Source: an uncultured virus (IMG/VR IMGVR_UViG_2061766007_000718) (Duplodnaviria > Heunggongvirae > Uroviricota > Caudoviricetes). Taken from it: DNA of 64,000 nucleotides. Made by a program: the position numbers and the translations under genes. Below the pieces are notes generated by a model. The model made no database searches. It was given only the letters and a program-made list of their open reading frames with translations, and was not told where the DNA came from. The stretch lies in IMG/VR virus record IMGVR_UViG_2061766007_000718; one strand, 5' to 3'. Each line of letters opens with the position of its first letter. The stretch's first letter is position 1. Shown here one piece after another: positions 19,855 through 29,983 of the stretch.

Positions 19855-20280
19855 CTATTGTTTTAATAATTCTTGGTTATCGTAGGTGTTACCTATTACC
19901 TTTGTCGGTCTCACATAATGCTTGGTCTCGTGGTCCTTTCTGTTGCACCATGCCAAAAGTGCAGACCAATTACTTCTGATGGACTTTACCACGAAAGAAT
20001 CAGCCTCAAACATTACAACTCCTTTTATCTCTCCGTTAAAATCATCATCAGGAATATGCAGTATGTCACCTTCGTAAATTTCATTTCCATAAGCATCATT
20101 CGCACCTGTAAACTGACCGACTGACTCTGGTTTTACTGCAATACCTTTATATGCAATCTTACCATTATCGTTTGGATATGATACTATTATCTCTGGATAG
20201 TAACCTATGCGCTGAAATAAATCGCCGTATATCCATTCGCCAGTTTCTACATCTTTACCTCTAAACTTAATTGCTCTCAT
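19855..20280 (-). CDS. YopX family protein
   Basis: MRAIKFRGK...GEWIYGDL, VGQFTG, EIYEGDI, VIGNTYDN. Confidence 0.9.
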   Translation of the reverse strand: MRAIKFRGKDVETGEWIYGDLFQRIGYYPEIIVSYPNDNGKIAYKGIAVKPESVGQFTGANDAYGNEIYEGDILHIPDDDFNGEIKGVVMFEADSFVVKSIRSNWSALLAWCNRKDHETKHYVRPTKVIGNTYDNQELLKQ

Positions 20281-20575
20281 ATTTATTCCTCCTGCATTGC
20301 TATTTCAAAATCGTCAAGAAATTCTGTAACATTCACTTTTCTCCGGCTTGCAACCCAATGTTCCGCTCCGCTATAAAACAGATACAACTCTTTTTCTAAC
20401 CATTTACGAGCGCGTTCTATCATACTTTTGTCCGCCCATTTTGCACCTTCAATAACCCCGATTCCATAGGCACTATTAACTCCAAGAGATAGAGGAGATT
20501 TAACTAAGTCACAGAAAACCTGTGATTCTTCTTTTTGTTTTGCTATATTTACAATTTCTTCGTCTCGTTTCATCG

Positions 20576-20994
20576 CTACTCTTTCTTTAAAAGGTCCTCG
20601 TTATCATAAACATTTCCAATCACATACAGCTCAGTTACCGTAAGCATATATCCAAGTGACGAGCAGTCGGGTTCCTGGTCAATATCAGAGTTGTAATATT
20701 GATTTATATAGAAGTAGCTTTTACTATTCCAAGTTACTATACCTACAAAATTTCCTTTGCCCTTTATAATATCCCCTTCATAAATCTTCTTACCATTCTT
20801 ATCAACCAAGCCAGTAAACTGACCGACTGTTTCTTCNNNNNNNNNNNNNNNNNNNNATCTTCAACATCGCCAATCATAACACACTTGTACGCCTGTGCCG
20901 TTTCTGGCACTGGAGAATCCATTTCGCGAACAATCAGGTTTCCGTAGTACCATTGTCCGCACAAATGCCTACCTCTAAATTCTATCGTTCTCAT
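20576..20994 (-). CDS. YopX family protein (split by gap)
   Basis: MRTIEFRG...WYYGNL N-terminal half plus KNGKKIYEGDI...VIGNVYDN C-terminal half. Confidence 0.85.
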
Positions 20995-21004
20995 AACACA
21001 TTAT

Positions 21005-21632
21005 TTAATCAACTACTTTATAATCATATACTACCACCCACGGATTGCCTTCCCAAGTGCCCTTGCCCGAAACCTTGTCGATAAGAGCTGCAAAGGCTTT
21101 TCGTGGAGTATGGAAAAGCAAAGGCTTGTTGTTAACCTTTATTACATACTCTCCTGCAAACCCGATCATACATCTGTATTCCAAAACTCCCTCTGCCAAG
21201 CAATCTTCATCCGAAATGTCCTGCAATCGCTCTAAATCGATTCCAGTTATCTTGATATGGTGCGGCATAAGGTCAGCACGGACAAACATCTTATTGGTCC
21301 AGCCAGCCGTTTCTGTCATAAACTCAGTTCCGACCATCTCAAAATCTGCATCTGGGAAAATCTCTTTGTAACATTGCGCCACAGCTACTACTTCACCAAC
21401 CTTGTATTGTGTAGGCATAAAAAAACAATCGTCTGGGGTATCAACTTGAAGCAATCCATATCCGCCATTTCCAGCAGCAATTATCTNNNNNNNNNNNNNN
21501 NNGTCTTCTGTTTTTCTCATAATCACTTATGAACTTTTGTATCTTCTTTTCCGCCCGTCTGGTCTTGTTCTTATAACCTTGCAGGGTCAATTCTGTAAGG
21601 TTGCACCTGTCGTTAAACATTATAATGTTCAT
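21005..21632 (-). CDS. ASCH-like phage protein (gap)
   Basis: IMFND...G.K..TRR, YKVGEVVAVAQ, ERLQDISDEDCLAEG, NPWVVVY. Confidence 0.75.
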
Positions 21633-22030
21633 AATACAATCTGTTTATCAATTCCACAAAGTTTTAAAGCATGCTGCAGCTCGTGAACGTATTGGCAGTC
21701 GATATGAATTTCATTTTCTATCGCACCATCGCCCTTGCATATCCATAAACGACAAACTTTTGCGTAATAACGAATAATAGTATACTCGCCAGTAGTGTCG
21801 ATTTTACTATTATCGAACAAAACAAACTCATCTCCATCCTTAGTTTCCATTCCGTTCTTTGCCAAAATCTCAGGTGTTAGCGGAATAGGCTTAACCCTAT
21901 TCAAATCAAAAATCTCACCGTCAATACCAATTTCGTCATCCATTTCGTTAATAAAATCCACTCTATGTCCTCCGCAATTAGAGGAGTAACATTTCACCCA
22001 ATCTCCAATCATTAAATCTGTCGCTTTCAT
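21629..22030 (-). CDS. Phage protein of the MKATDLMIGDWV family
   Basis: LMIGD, PIPLTPEIL, YVHELQHALKLCGI. Confidence 0.8.
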   Translation of the reverse strand: MKATDLMIGDWVKCYSSNCGGHRVDFINEMDDEIGIDGEIFDLNRVKPIPLTPEILAKNGMETKDGDEFVLFDNSKIDTTGEYTIIRYYAKVCRLWICKGDGAIENEIHIDCQYVHELQHALKLCGIDKQIVL

Positions 22031-22449
22031 AGTTCAATCTCTATATTGATTCCACAAAGTTTTAACGCGTGTTGCAGCTCATGAACATTTTCAATAGAAA
22101 ACCAACCATTAAATTGCGGTGTATCATAAGAATCATTCATTCTCCCGATAGAGAAACCGTTCTTTTCTTCCATAACAAGAAAACTACAATAACTCTTATT
22201 CTTGTATATTTTTTTATCACAATCGGGTTCAAAATCAAAATTCTTTTCTAAAATATCAGCAGTTAGTGGAATCGGCATATAAGTTTCTTCGCAATGAAAA
22301 ACATCACTTTCTGCTGTTTGCACATACCTCTGGTCATTTCCTTCGTCTATTATTGCAGTTACTTTTTCATATCGTAGTTCTCTTCCTTCAAAAAACTGCA
22401 CATAGTCACCAATCATCAATCCTGTTGCTTTCATTTCTAATCCTTCCAT
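22027..22449 (-). CDS. Phage protein of the MKATDLMIGDWV family (paralog)
   Basis: LMIGD, PIPLTADIL, VHELQHALKLCGI. Confidence 0.8.
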   Translation of the reverse strand: MEGLEMKATGLMIGDYVQFFEGRELRYEKVTAIIDEGNDQRYVQTAESDVFHCEETYMPIPLTADILEKNFDFEPDCDKKIYKNKSYCSFLVMEEKNGFSIGRMNDSYDTPQFNGWFSIENVHELQHALKLCGINIEIEL

Positions 22450-22823
22450 TCAATTTTAATTGTGTCAACGCATTCACTTTCTTTTCCGTTTTCTGCTTCT
22501 TCTTTTGTCAAGTAAATTGTATTTCCGCTATAAGTAACATTTCCCGTTTTGTATATATTTACCCATCCATTGCACCTTTCTCTGGACAGGAATAGGTCAA
22601 ACTCGTGAGGGCTCTTATCTTCGTGAATGAAACCATCGAGTGACCATACTTTCAATTCTTCTTCTCCATCGTCCAGTTTCACTTTTCCAACGATAGTCTG
22701 TCGCGTTACGTTATCCGAAAAATAATGACATTTATAGTCATAATCAAGGATTTGCACTTCGTGCCCATCCCTTGTGCAAACACATCTTCCTTTCTTTGCT
22801 TGTTCTAAATCAAATGCTTTCAT
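22437..22823 (-). CDS. Phage protein of the FDLE.AK.G..VCTRDG family
   Basis: MKAFDLEQAKKGRCVCTRDG...GWVNIY...TIKIEW. Confidence 0.8.
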   Translation of the reverse strand: MKAFDLEQAKKGRCVCTRDGHEVQILDYDYKCHYFSDNVTRQTIVGKVKLDDGEEELKVWSLDGFIHEDKSPHEFDLFLSRERCNGWVNIYKTGNVTYSGNTIYLTKEEAENGKESECVDTIKIEWKD

Positions 22824-22835
22824 TTATATTCCCTT

Positions 22836-23243
22836 TCAAATTTTCATAAGTTCTGGATTGTCGTGAATGTTGCCAATGACTTCCATATTTGTAAGTTTTT
22901 TTGCATCTATACTAACATAGCACTCTATCAGATGACTTATTTTTATGTTGAAACCTGATGTGGTGGAGCCACAATTTCCCCAAACAATTGCTCCCTCATG
23001 ATATAATTGTTCTTTAAAAAATACAATAGGACCGTGTACAATATCGCCCTCATATATCTCTTTTCCATTTTTGTCACAGATGCCTATGAACTGACCTACA
23101 GTCTCTGGTTCAACTTCAACTCTATTTCTGAAACATTCATTATCTTGATACCAAATGTCTGTATATCTATCACATTGCAATAATGAGCCATACACCCATT
23201 CTCCGTTATCTTTTCACTTTCCTCTGAATTTAATCGTTCTCAT
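22836..23243 (-). pseudogene. YopX family gene with in-frame TGA at codon 10
   Basis: MRTIKFRGK*KDNGEWVYG; TGA at 23214-23216; rest of the frame intact. Confidence 0.75.
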
Positions 23244-23245
23244 TG

Positions 23246-23609
23246 CTATTCCTCCCATTCAATTTTAGTGGTTGTGATATAGGTACGATAATCTTTACCA
23301 ATAGCGACTGCCTCTTCTTCTGTATTAAAAATATTGCTTGGTAATCTNNNNNNNNNNNNNNNNNNTCACCCAGCCTACGTGCTTTTCGGGAGCCATAAAT
23401 AAATCTACACTATGCTCAACCCTGTGGTTATAAATGAAACGCCCATCAGCACAATAACTGGCAACATATTCTTTATCACCATCGTCAATAAGTGCGATGA
23501 TTGGACAATGTTCTCGTTTTGCGTCAAAACATATAATACGGGCATTTCTGCCGTCTCTTGTGCATACTGGCTTCCCAGCCTTTGCTTTTTGTAAATTAAA
23601 TTCTTTCAT
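23246..23609 (-). CDS. Phage protein of the VCTRDG family (paralog, gap)
   Basis: MKEFNLQKAKAGKPVCTRDG...GWV...TTKIEWEE. Confidence 0.8.
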
Positions 23610-23623
23610 TTCTATTCCTCCGA

Positions 23624-24357
23624 TTATTCTGTATATCCACCTTCTATTATTACTTGCGGCTCGTTTCCGTTCCAAACAAGGTTCTCTATCTCGTGCCAAT
23701 TTTCCTTTGGGTAGTAGTCAGAACTGAAAAACTCAAAGTTACCTACATGAGTATCGAAATACTCATCTTCCCAATGGAACATGTACTCTGTTTCTGGATT
23801 CTTGGCTGCTGTTACTATTGCTTCCTCTATTGAGTTTGCAGCAACTAGTATAACGCCACCGCTATAACCGTCAGTTCTTTTTGCGCCAAATACTTTCATA
23901 ATATCTTCCCTTCAAATTCTTCTTGATGATAGGTATAATAAGGTTGGGGGTATTCTATTCCGCTATTCCAGTCAATACACAGGAACCGATACATAGTTCT
24001 GTCCAATATTGGGCAGTCCTTATATAAATCATTCAGTATTCTGCCAGCATGACTAATATGCCTGCTGCCAATAGCACACTGATTGAATAAATCTCGATAT
24101 GTAGTGAACACATCGCCACATAGTTCCATAAATCTGAAAAACGCCTTGTGTACATTTCCCTTTTCCTGTCTAACGGCAATGTCATAGACATCATCACGCG
24201 CTTTCATAACTGACATAACATCTGCTACCTTGTCGCAAATATCTTCGTAGTCTTTGCACTTTCCCTTATCATCAAAGCGAGTTCCGTCATTCGCTTCGTA
24301 AATAATTATCTCTTTCATTTCTGTATCTCCTTTCTGTCTATTATCTTTAAAATTCAA
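23624..24357 (-). CDS. Two hypothetical accessory genes (23624-23899, 23896-24357)
   Basis: Coupled ORFs within the array. Confidence 0.6.
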
Positions 24358-24360
24358 CTT

Positions 24361-24942
24361 TCATTCATTTTCAATCAATTTATGAACTTCCTTTTTGTCA
24401 ATGCCTTGGCTCATTATTATGGCACGAAACAACATTTGCTTTTCTTCTAGTGATAGTTCTTTTTCATCTCCTTTTGCATCACCAAGCAGACTATTTCTCT
24501 TATAATACGCATAAAGGAATGACTCAATATGCTTATCAAAATCTGGTTTATAAATCAAGAACAAGGTTTTTACCTCGATAAACTCTGACTTTGTGCATTG
24601 TATAACCACATCAGGCTTTTGGTCTCCCATTCGCAAAATTTCAAGATCCTTTACAATTCTTTTAGGAAACTGCTTCACATCCCAGACACCTCTTTCTTCG
24701 CTTGCGAATGTCTTTAGATATATTTGCACAAACAATTTTGTGTAAATACCACCACCTGTACAAACTCCATAACAGTGAACTTTCTCATCTAACAAATCTT
24801 CATCGCTTATGTTATGCTTTTTCATAAGTTCATTAAGCAACACCTGTGCGGCGTCTCGCTCTCCGGCTACGCCTTGCTCTGCAAGGACTTTAACCTTCCT
24901 TATCCTCTCTATAATTTTACTTCTTTCCTTGTCCATTCTCAT
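24361..24942 (-). CDS. DUF2786 domain protein
   Basis: IIERIRKVKVLAEQGVAGERDAAQVLLNELMKKHNI. Confidence 0.75.
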   Translation of the reverse strand: MRMDKERSKIIERIRKVKVLAEQGVAGERDAAQVLLNELMKKHNISDEDLLDEKVHCYGVCTGGGIYTKLFVQIYLKTFASEERGVWDVKQFPKRIVKDLEILRMGDQKPDVVIQCTKSEFIEVKTLFLIYKPDFDKHIESFLYAYYKRNSLLGDAKGDEKELSLEEKQMLFRAIIMSQGIDKKEVHKLIENE

Positions 24943-25053
24943 TCATTTTACATGCGCAGCACTTTTCCTCAAAAGAATCTCCTATGAACACATGAAGCCT
25001 ACAACCGCAAGACCTTTCCAAAATTATATGGTCCTTGCTTACTGTCGTCATTA

Positions 25054-25536
25054 CTACTCTCTTTGCCATTCCGTTGCCCTTTCCAACAAATCCTTATTGT
25101 CATACATATTGCCGACAACCTTTTTCTTGAACTCGTCAATCCATTTTTGGTAAACACTACTAGAATTAGTGTCAAAAATCCTGTCGCCAACATACCGCAG
25201 TTCTGTTGCTGTAAAATGCGCTTCTTGTTCGTTATACCTAACAAGGTGCTGATATTTGTACTCTCCTTGAATAATGTCACCTTCATATATGTGAGTTCCA
25301 TCAATATCGTGCAATCCCGTGAACTGACCTATGGTTTCTTCAACGACATCGACACTCATTACTTCGCCGTCAATCTCCGTCTGGATTACATACGAATCCA
25401 TCTCACGCTTCTCGCAGGAGTGGACAGACTTGAACAACCACCCATACACCCAATCGCCCTTTTCATACAGAGGCTTATCGCGACCTATCCTATGGCAGGT
25501 CATAGCGGCTTTCGCCCTAAATCTAATTACTCTCAT
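25054..25536 (-). CDS. YopX family protein
   Basis: IRFRAK...GDWVYG, TIGQFTGLHD, IYEGDI, VVGNMYDN. Confidence 0.9.
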   Translation of the reverse strand: MRVIRFRAKAAMTCHRIGRDKPLYEKGDWVYGWLFKSVHSCEKREMDSYVIQTEIDGEVMSVDVVEETIGQFTGLHDIDGTHIYEGDIIQGEYKYQHLVRYNEQEAHFTATELRYVGDRIFDTNSSSVYQKWIDEFKKKVVGNMYDNKDLLERATEWQRE

Positions 25537-25961
25537 AGCTTAACCTCCAACGGAATATCCAACATTCCAGTTATATGCTGTAATTCATGCACATATCCTA
25601 TTGTACGATAAACCCTGTTATCGTTTTCAATGCCGAACGCAGACACCATATACCTGTGCTCAATATTCTCTATAATCGAAAGCACTTCTCCATCTGGAAA
25701 GAATTTCGCATAGGTTCTGTTACCCTTGCGCCTCTCAACCCCCAAATCCTCCAGTATCTGTGTTGTCAGCGGAATCGGTTCTATTATTCTATAGGTAGGA
25801 TTGTCTTCCGCAAGTCTGCCCACCGACATCCTATACATCAGGTCAAGTATTTCTGGCGTGACTTGATGCCGGGATTTCACACTGCTTAATGGGTGGTAGC
25901 AAAATACCCAATCGCCAACCATTAAGTCAGTAACATTGAGTTTAAAATTTTCTTTATCCAT
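25533..25961 (-). CDS. Phage protein of the MKATDLMIGDWV family (paralog)
   Basis: TDLMVGDWV, PIPLTTQIL, YVHELQH. Confidence 0.75.
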   Translation of the reverse strand: MDKENFKLNVTDLMVGDWVFCYHPLSSVKSRHQVTPEILDLMYRMSVGRLAEDNPTYRIIEPIPLTTQILEDLGVERRKGNRTYAKFFPDGEVLSIIENIEHRYMVSAFGIENDNRVYRTIGYVHELQHITGMLDIPLEVKL

Positions 25962-25975
25962 GTCTTTAAAATTTT

Positions 25976-26021
25976 TGTAAAAGTAATATAAATATTTGAT
26001 TTAGCAAAAATATTTTTAATA
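25976..26021 (-). promoter_or_regulatory. Promoter/operator, near-identical copy at 32845-32890
   Basis: 46 bp repeat with one mismatch; both copies lie upstream of leftward operons. Confidence 0.7.
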
Positions 26022-26052
26022 AATTTTATAAGTGCTTTAATCTCAAACACCT

Positions 26053-27699
26053 TTGCGCTATGTTTGTGCCATAAAAATGATGTCAATGGACTACAGTAAG
26101 AAGCAGAAACAGAAATATAAGGAACTAAACAGGCGACTTATGCAGTATGTTGCAATGGTAAATCAGATTTACCAGTCGTACAACGAGGAAGCAAGCAGAA
26201 TAGCAATGACTACTGGCTACAACTCCGACAGCGAGGGAGACTTCAAGTTCTCCGACTATCCAAAGACAAAATACTCGATAGAGAAACTGCAGAGGAACTT
26301 CGCTGACAATATGCAGGCTCTAATCTATTCCGGCATATCAAAGGAATGGAAGAACAGCAACGATGCGCAGGATCTGCTCGCCAACGAGATATTGAAGAAA
26401 TACAAGGGACAAGTTAACGGAGAGAAGCAGAAGATAATATACCAGACCAACAGCGATGCGATGAAAGCATTCGCAAACAGAACGGACAAGGGACTTGACT
26501 TGTCCGACAAGGTATGGAAGCAGTCAGATGAATATGTCCGCGCACTCGAAGCTGCTATATCAACCGCAATAAGCAAGGGCACATCAGCCGTAACACTATC
26601 GAAGCAGATAAGCAAGTACCTTATCGACTTTGACAAGCTGCAGAAGGACTACAAGTCGCAGTTCGGCCAGGCAACCGACATCCACGACTGCGAGTACAGG
26701 TCGGCAAGACTGGCGCGTAGCGAAATAAATATGGCATACCGCACGGCAGAACAGACGCGGTGGAACGAAATGGACTTTGTGCGTGGCTATAGGATTGAAC
26801 TGAGCAACAACCACAGCGACAGGAGAAAGAAACACGGAGAATACTCCGACATCTGCGATGAACTACAAGGCGACTACCCGAAGGACTTCAAGTGGACCGG
26901 CTGGCATCCGAACTGCCGTTGCCACGCTGTTCCGCTTCTGATGAGCGAGGAAGATTTCATCAGGTGGAACAACGGCGAATCAGTTGACAAGAACCTAATC
27001 AAAGATGTGCCGGAAAACTACAAGCGGTGGGCTGCCGAGAATGCCGACAAGATAGAACAGGCTGGCGCAAGAGGCACACAGCCGTACTTCGTGAGGGATA
27101 ACAAGAAGTATATGCAGGAAGCGAAAAGGTCTGCGGAAAACAAAAAGGGATTAGAAGCACAAAGCAAACCAGATCTTACCAACGAAGCAATATTCAAAAA
27201 ACATTTTACCACGAGAAAAAAATTTGAGAATGGCGGTAGTGTAAATCTAATGAATGATATAGATAAGAGCAAATCCGATTATAAGGATATACTTACAATC
27301 TCAACTCAGTTTGCAAAAGAAGGCAAAACTGTAGGAATCCTATCGCGAACTCACTATAAGAGCGACACATACAAAGAAGTCTTTGCCAGCCTTATTGGAA
27401 CAAAATACGATAGGAAATGTCCTGACATACTCATAGGAAACAAATTTTACGAATATGAAAGTTTTAACGGTCAATGGTCAAGGAGAAAAATTAGCAATAT
27501 GCTTTCTCATGGATTGCTGCAATCTAATTACCTAATAATTGACAACACAAAGGGTGGTGCAGACAGAATTATAAGGAAAGCTATTCTGGCACGGCTTAAA
27601 ATAAATCAACAAATATCAGAGGTTTATTTATTCGAAAAGGGAATACTTAGACTATTTTTTAAGGATGGCAAGTTTATAAAAAACAACAGGGAGTTTTAA
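26053..27699 (+). CDS. MuF (SPP1 gp7-like) minor head protein with C-terminal CdiA-like nuclease toxin domain
   Basis: RLARSEINMAY, ICDELQG, WHPNCRC MuF motifs; C-terminal CPDILIG..FYEYES PD-(D/E)XK-like domain; palindrome promoter at 26032-26066. Confidence 0.85.
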   Translation: MRYVCAIKMMSMDYSKKQKQKYKELNRRLMQYVAMVNQIYQSYNEEASRIAMTTGYNSDSEGDFKFSDYPKTKYSIEKLQRNFADNMQALIYSGISKEWKNSNDAQDLLANEILKKYKGQVNGEKQKIIYQTNSDAMKAFANRTDKGLDLSDKVWKQSDEYVRALEAAISTAISKGTSAVTLSKQISKYLIDFDKLQKDYKSQFGQATDIHDCEYRSARLARSEINMAYRTAEQTRWNEMDFVRGYRIELSNNHSDRRKKHGEYSDICDELQGDYPKDFKWTGWHPNCRCHAVPLLMSEEDFIRWNNGESVDKNLIKDVPENYKRWAAENADKIEQAGARGTQPYFVRDNKKYMQEAKRSAENKKGLEAQSKPDLTNEAIFKKHFTTRKKFENGGSVNLMNDIDKSKSDYKDILTISTQFAKEGKTVGILSRTHYKSDTYKEVFASLIGTKYDRKCPDILIGNKFYEYESFNGQWSRRKISNMLSHGLLQSNYLIIDNTKGGADRIIRKAILARLKINQQISEVYLFEKGILRLFFKDGKFIKNNREF

Positions 27700-27763
27700 T
27701 CTCCCTGCACATGCTCGCGCCGTAGCGTTGGCTTACTTATTTTATTAAGTCGATGCAAAGTTA
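27678..27763 (-). ncRNA. Candidate small RNA antisense to the end of the MuF toxin gene
   Basis: -7 box TAACTTTG at 27756-27763, three hairpins including a cUACGg tetraloop, terminator CAGGGAG/CTCCCTG plus U-tract. Confidence 0.5.
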
Positions 27764-27778
27764 ATGTAATTATTTTAA

Positions 27779-28204
27779 TTGTACAAGTATTTTTCAAAAA
27801 AAATGTCATCTTTAAGTAAATTATACCGAGAGTTCAAGCAATGGTGCGCAACCGCACCGAGAAATTATGTACTCTTCTGGAACTGGAACCAATGGGAATG
27901 GTCAGAGCCGTTTCACTACTACCTGACGGCCGACATACTTCCAATTATAGGAGAATACAGCATAGATGGTAACGGCACACTGCACTGCACATCGGTAATG
28001 GGCGGACACGACACTTTCCCATTCGGCACATACATCGTATGTTCTGACCGCAGAACCGCAACCCAATACAGAAAAGACATATACAGCATACGCGACAATC
28101 TCATATATCCGCAAATGCCACAGAAATTTGTTGCTATGTCGAAAGCGCAAGAAGGAATGCCCAAGATAGTCCAGTTACAACTGTTATTTTCTCATCGGCA
28201 GTAA
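27779..28204 (+). CDS. Hypothetical protein downstream of MuF (possible immunity protein)
   Basis: 141 aa ORF followed by a hairpin near 28220-28240; no recognised motif. Confidence 0.45.
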   Translation: MYKYFSKKMSSLSKLYREFKQWCATAPRNYVLFWNWNQWEWSEPFHYYLTADILPIIGEYSIDGNGTLHCTSVMGGHDTFPFGTYIVCSDRRTATQYRKDIYSIRDNLIYPQMPQKFVAMSKAQEGMPKIVQLQLLFSHRQ

Positions 28205-28554
28205 AATTAACGACAAAAAAGCCTGTATCTCTACAGGCCAAACTAAATAAATATTATGAATGAACAAGTATGAATCAATCCGTTTTCATTATGTTATAAC
28301 AATTTCTTACCATTTACATTTGTATTAAAGCACGTTGCCTATCAGTTAATTTTGATTTATCTTCAATATATTTACCGTAATAGCGGTAATAATCATCAAT
28401 AGGTTCTGTTCCAATGCTACGAATCATTTTTTCAAGTTCTGACTCTTTATACTCAATTTCTTCCAATTGTAAAGGAACATAATCCTTTTTTATCTCGGGA
28501 AACAACTCAATAAAATTTAATTGCTTATACTGAGGCTTTCTATATTTTCTTTGT

Positions 28555-29937
28555 TTAGAACTCATCTGCAAGACCTTTTAGTGCTGCCATTCCTGTTTCT
28601 TTCTCCTCCTTCTGTATCTGCTCGTAGGTTTCCTGCGGATTCGACGAGAAGCCTGCCATCTTGATTGAATCGATATGGCTGACCAACGGCTTTCCGCCAT
28701 TTGCACTCAACCACTTCTGAACTTCTGCAGCTTCATCATTCTGTATGAACGGACTTATGACATGCTCCACTCCGATACCATCAATCTGTTCCGCCCAGTT
28801 TGCGTTAAGTTCTTTTAGGAATGCCTTGACAACATTTGTCTCCCTGTCGAAGAACTCAAGGAAAACACCTTTCTCATCACCAACTTTCAGATGTGCATCC
28901 GTCAGCAATGTCTTCCTTGCCTCGCCAGACACAGCACCAAGCCCCTTGATATTCTCAAACGACAGATCTGGCAATTGCAACTGCATCCATATAAGGCGTA
29001 GAATCATATTGACTTGGTCCTGCACGGCCTGCGTTGACTGCGACCATGATACATAAGACACGTCGCCACCGCTGCTGACACGGAGAATACGCTTCGCCAT
29101 ATCCTTGTCATCCTGACCAATAAGGTCTCCGACAACCTTAATCATCGGTGCAGAATTATAGGCAATAACATCAGAGTTACGCGACAGAGTAAATTCCAGT
29201 TCATTGATTAGGTGCTGAACTCCATCCCATATAGGGTTTTGGCGATGTGCATATATGAACGGTATCTTTCCGACTGGATTTTCCAATTCATCAACTTTTA
29301 CTCCGTTCTCGAACTTGTAATGCTTGTCAGCCGTATATGTTTCAAAATAAGAAATGGATTTGCCAGTACCTTTGGTTGCCGTGTATTCCACAGACATTGC
29401 AATCATATCATCGTATTCGTCAAACAACGGATATAGACCATAGCCAGACATAGGCGAATAGGTCCTTACACGAAGTTTCTTAGTTGCAGGGAAACCATAA
29501 TCGCTGTGTCTCTTGTCAACTGGAATCCACTGCGTACATATCTCACAAGCAGAAAAGAACTCCTTTGCTCGTTTCAAGTTCTCGCTGTCAATTCTATTCT
29601 TGACAAAAATCTGCTCAATGGCATTGGCAATCTTCTGCTTCGTCTCGTCGCCGTCAATCCCCGAGTATATCCTCTTCACAGGCAGGGCAAACATGAACTC
29701 CGTCATCCTCTGCGCTATCAGTTTTTCAAAGTCCAGACGAATCCTCGACACCTCTTCGAACTTGCCACCTGACAGTTTTCTGTCCTTCCTCTTTTCTCGG
29801 TTCATAATGTCGTGGTGCTTGCTGTCGTACTCTTCAAGTATGGACGACCAGGGTCTTACCTTGACATCCTTCTGCTTCAACGCTGCAATAACCTCGGAAT
29901 CAGGCTTTCTAAAATCAACGTAATCTTCAATTGCCAT
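28555..29937 (-). CDS. Portal protein, SPP1 type
   Basis: 460 aa; NPVGKIPF, LPDLSFENIKGLGAVSGEARK motifs; palindrome promoter at 29957-29991. Confidence 0.9.
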   Translation of the reverse strand: MAIEDYVDFRKPDSEVIAALKQKDVKVRPWSSILEEYDSKHHDIMNREKRKDRKLSGGKFEEVSRIRLDFEKLIAQRMTEFMFALPVKRIYSGIDGDETKQKIANAIEQIFVKNRIDSENLKRAKEFFSACEICTQWIPVDKRHSDYGFPATKKLRVRTYSPMSGYGLYPLFDEYDDMIAMSVEYTATKGTGKSISYFETYTADKHYKFENGVKVDELENPVGKIPFIYAHRQNPIWDGVQHLINELEFTLSRNSDVIAYNSAPMIKVVGDLIGQDDKDMAKRILRVSSGGDVSYVSWSQSTQAVQDQVNMILRLIWMQLQLPDLSFENIKGLGAVSGEARKTLLTDAHLKVGDEKGVFLEFFDRETNVVKAFLKELNANWAEQIDGIGVEHVISPFIQNDEAAEVQKWLSANGGKPLVSHIDSIKMAGFSSNPQETYEQIQKEEKETGMAALKGLADEF

Positions 29938-29983
29938 TTTTTCTAAAATTTTGCAACAAAACTAACATCGCAATGTTTAACTA

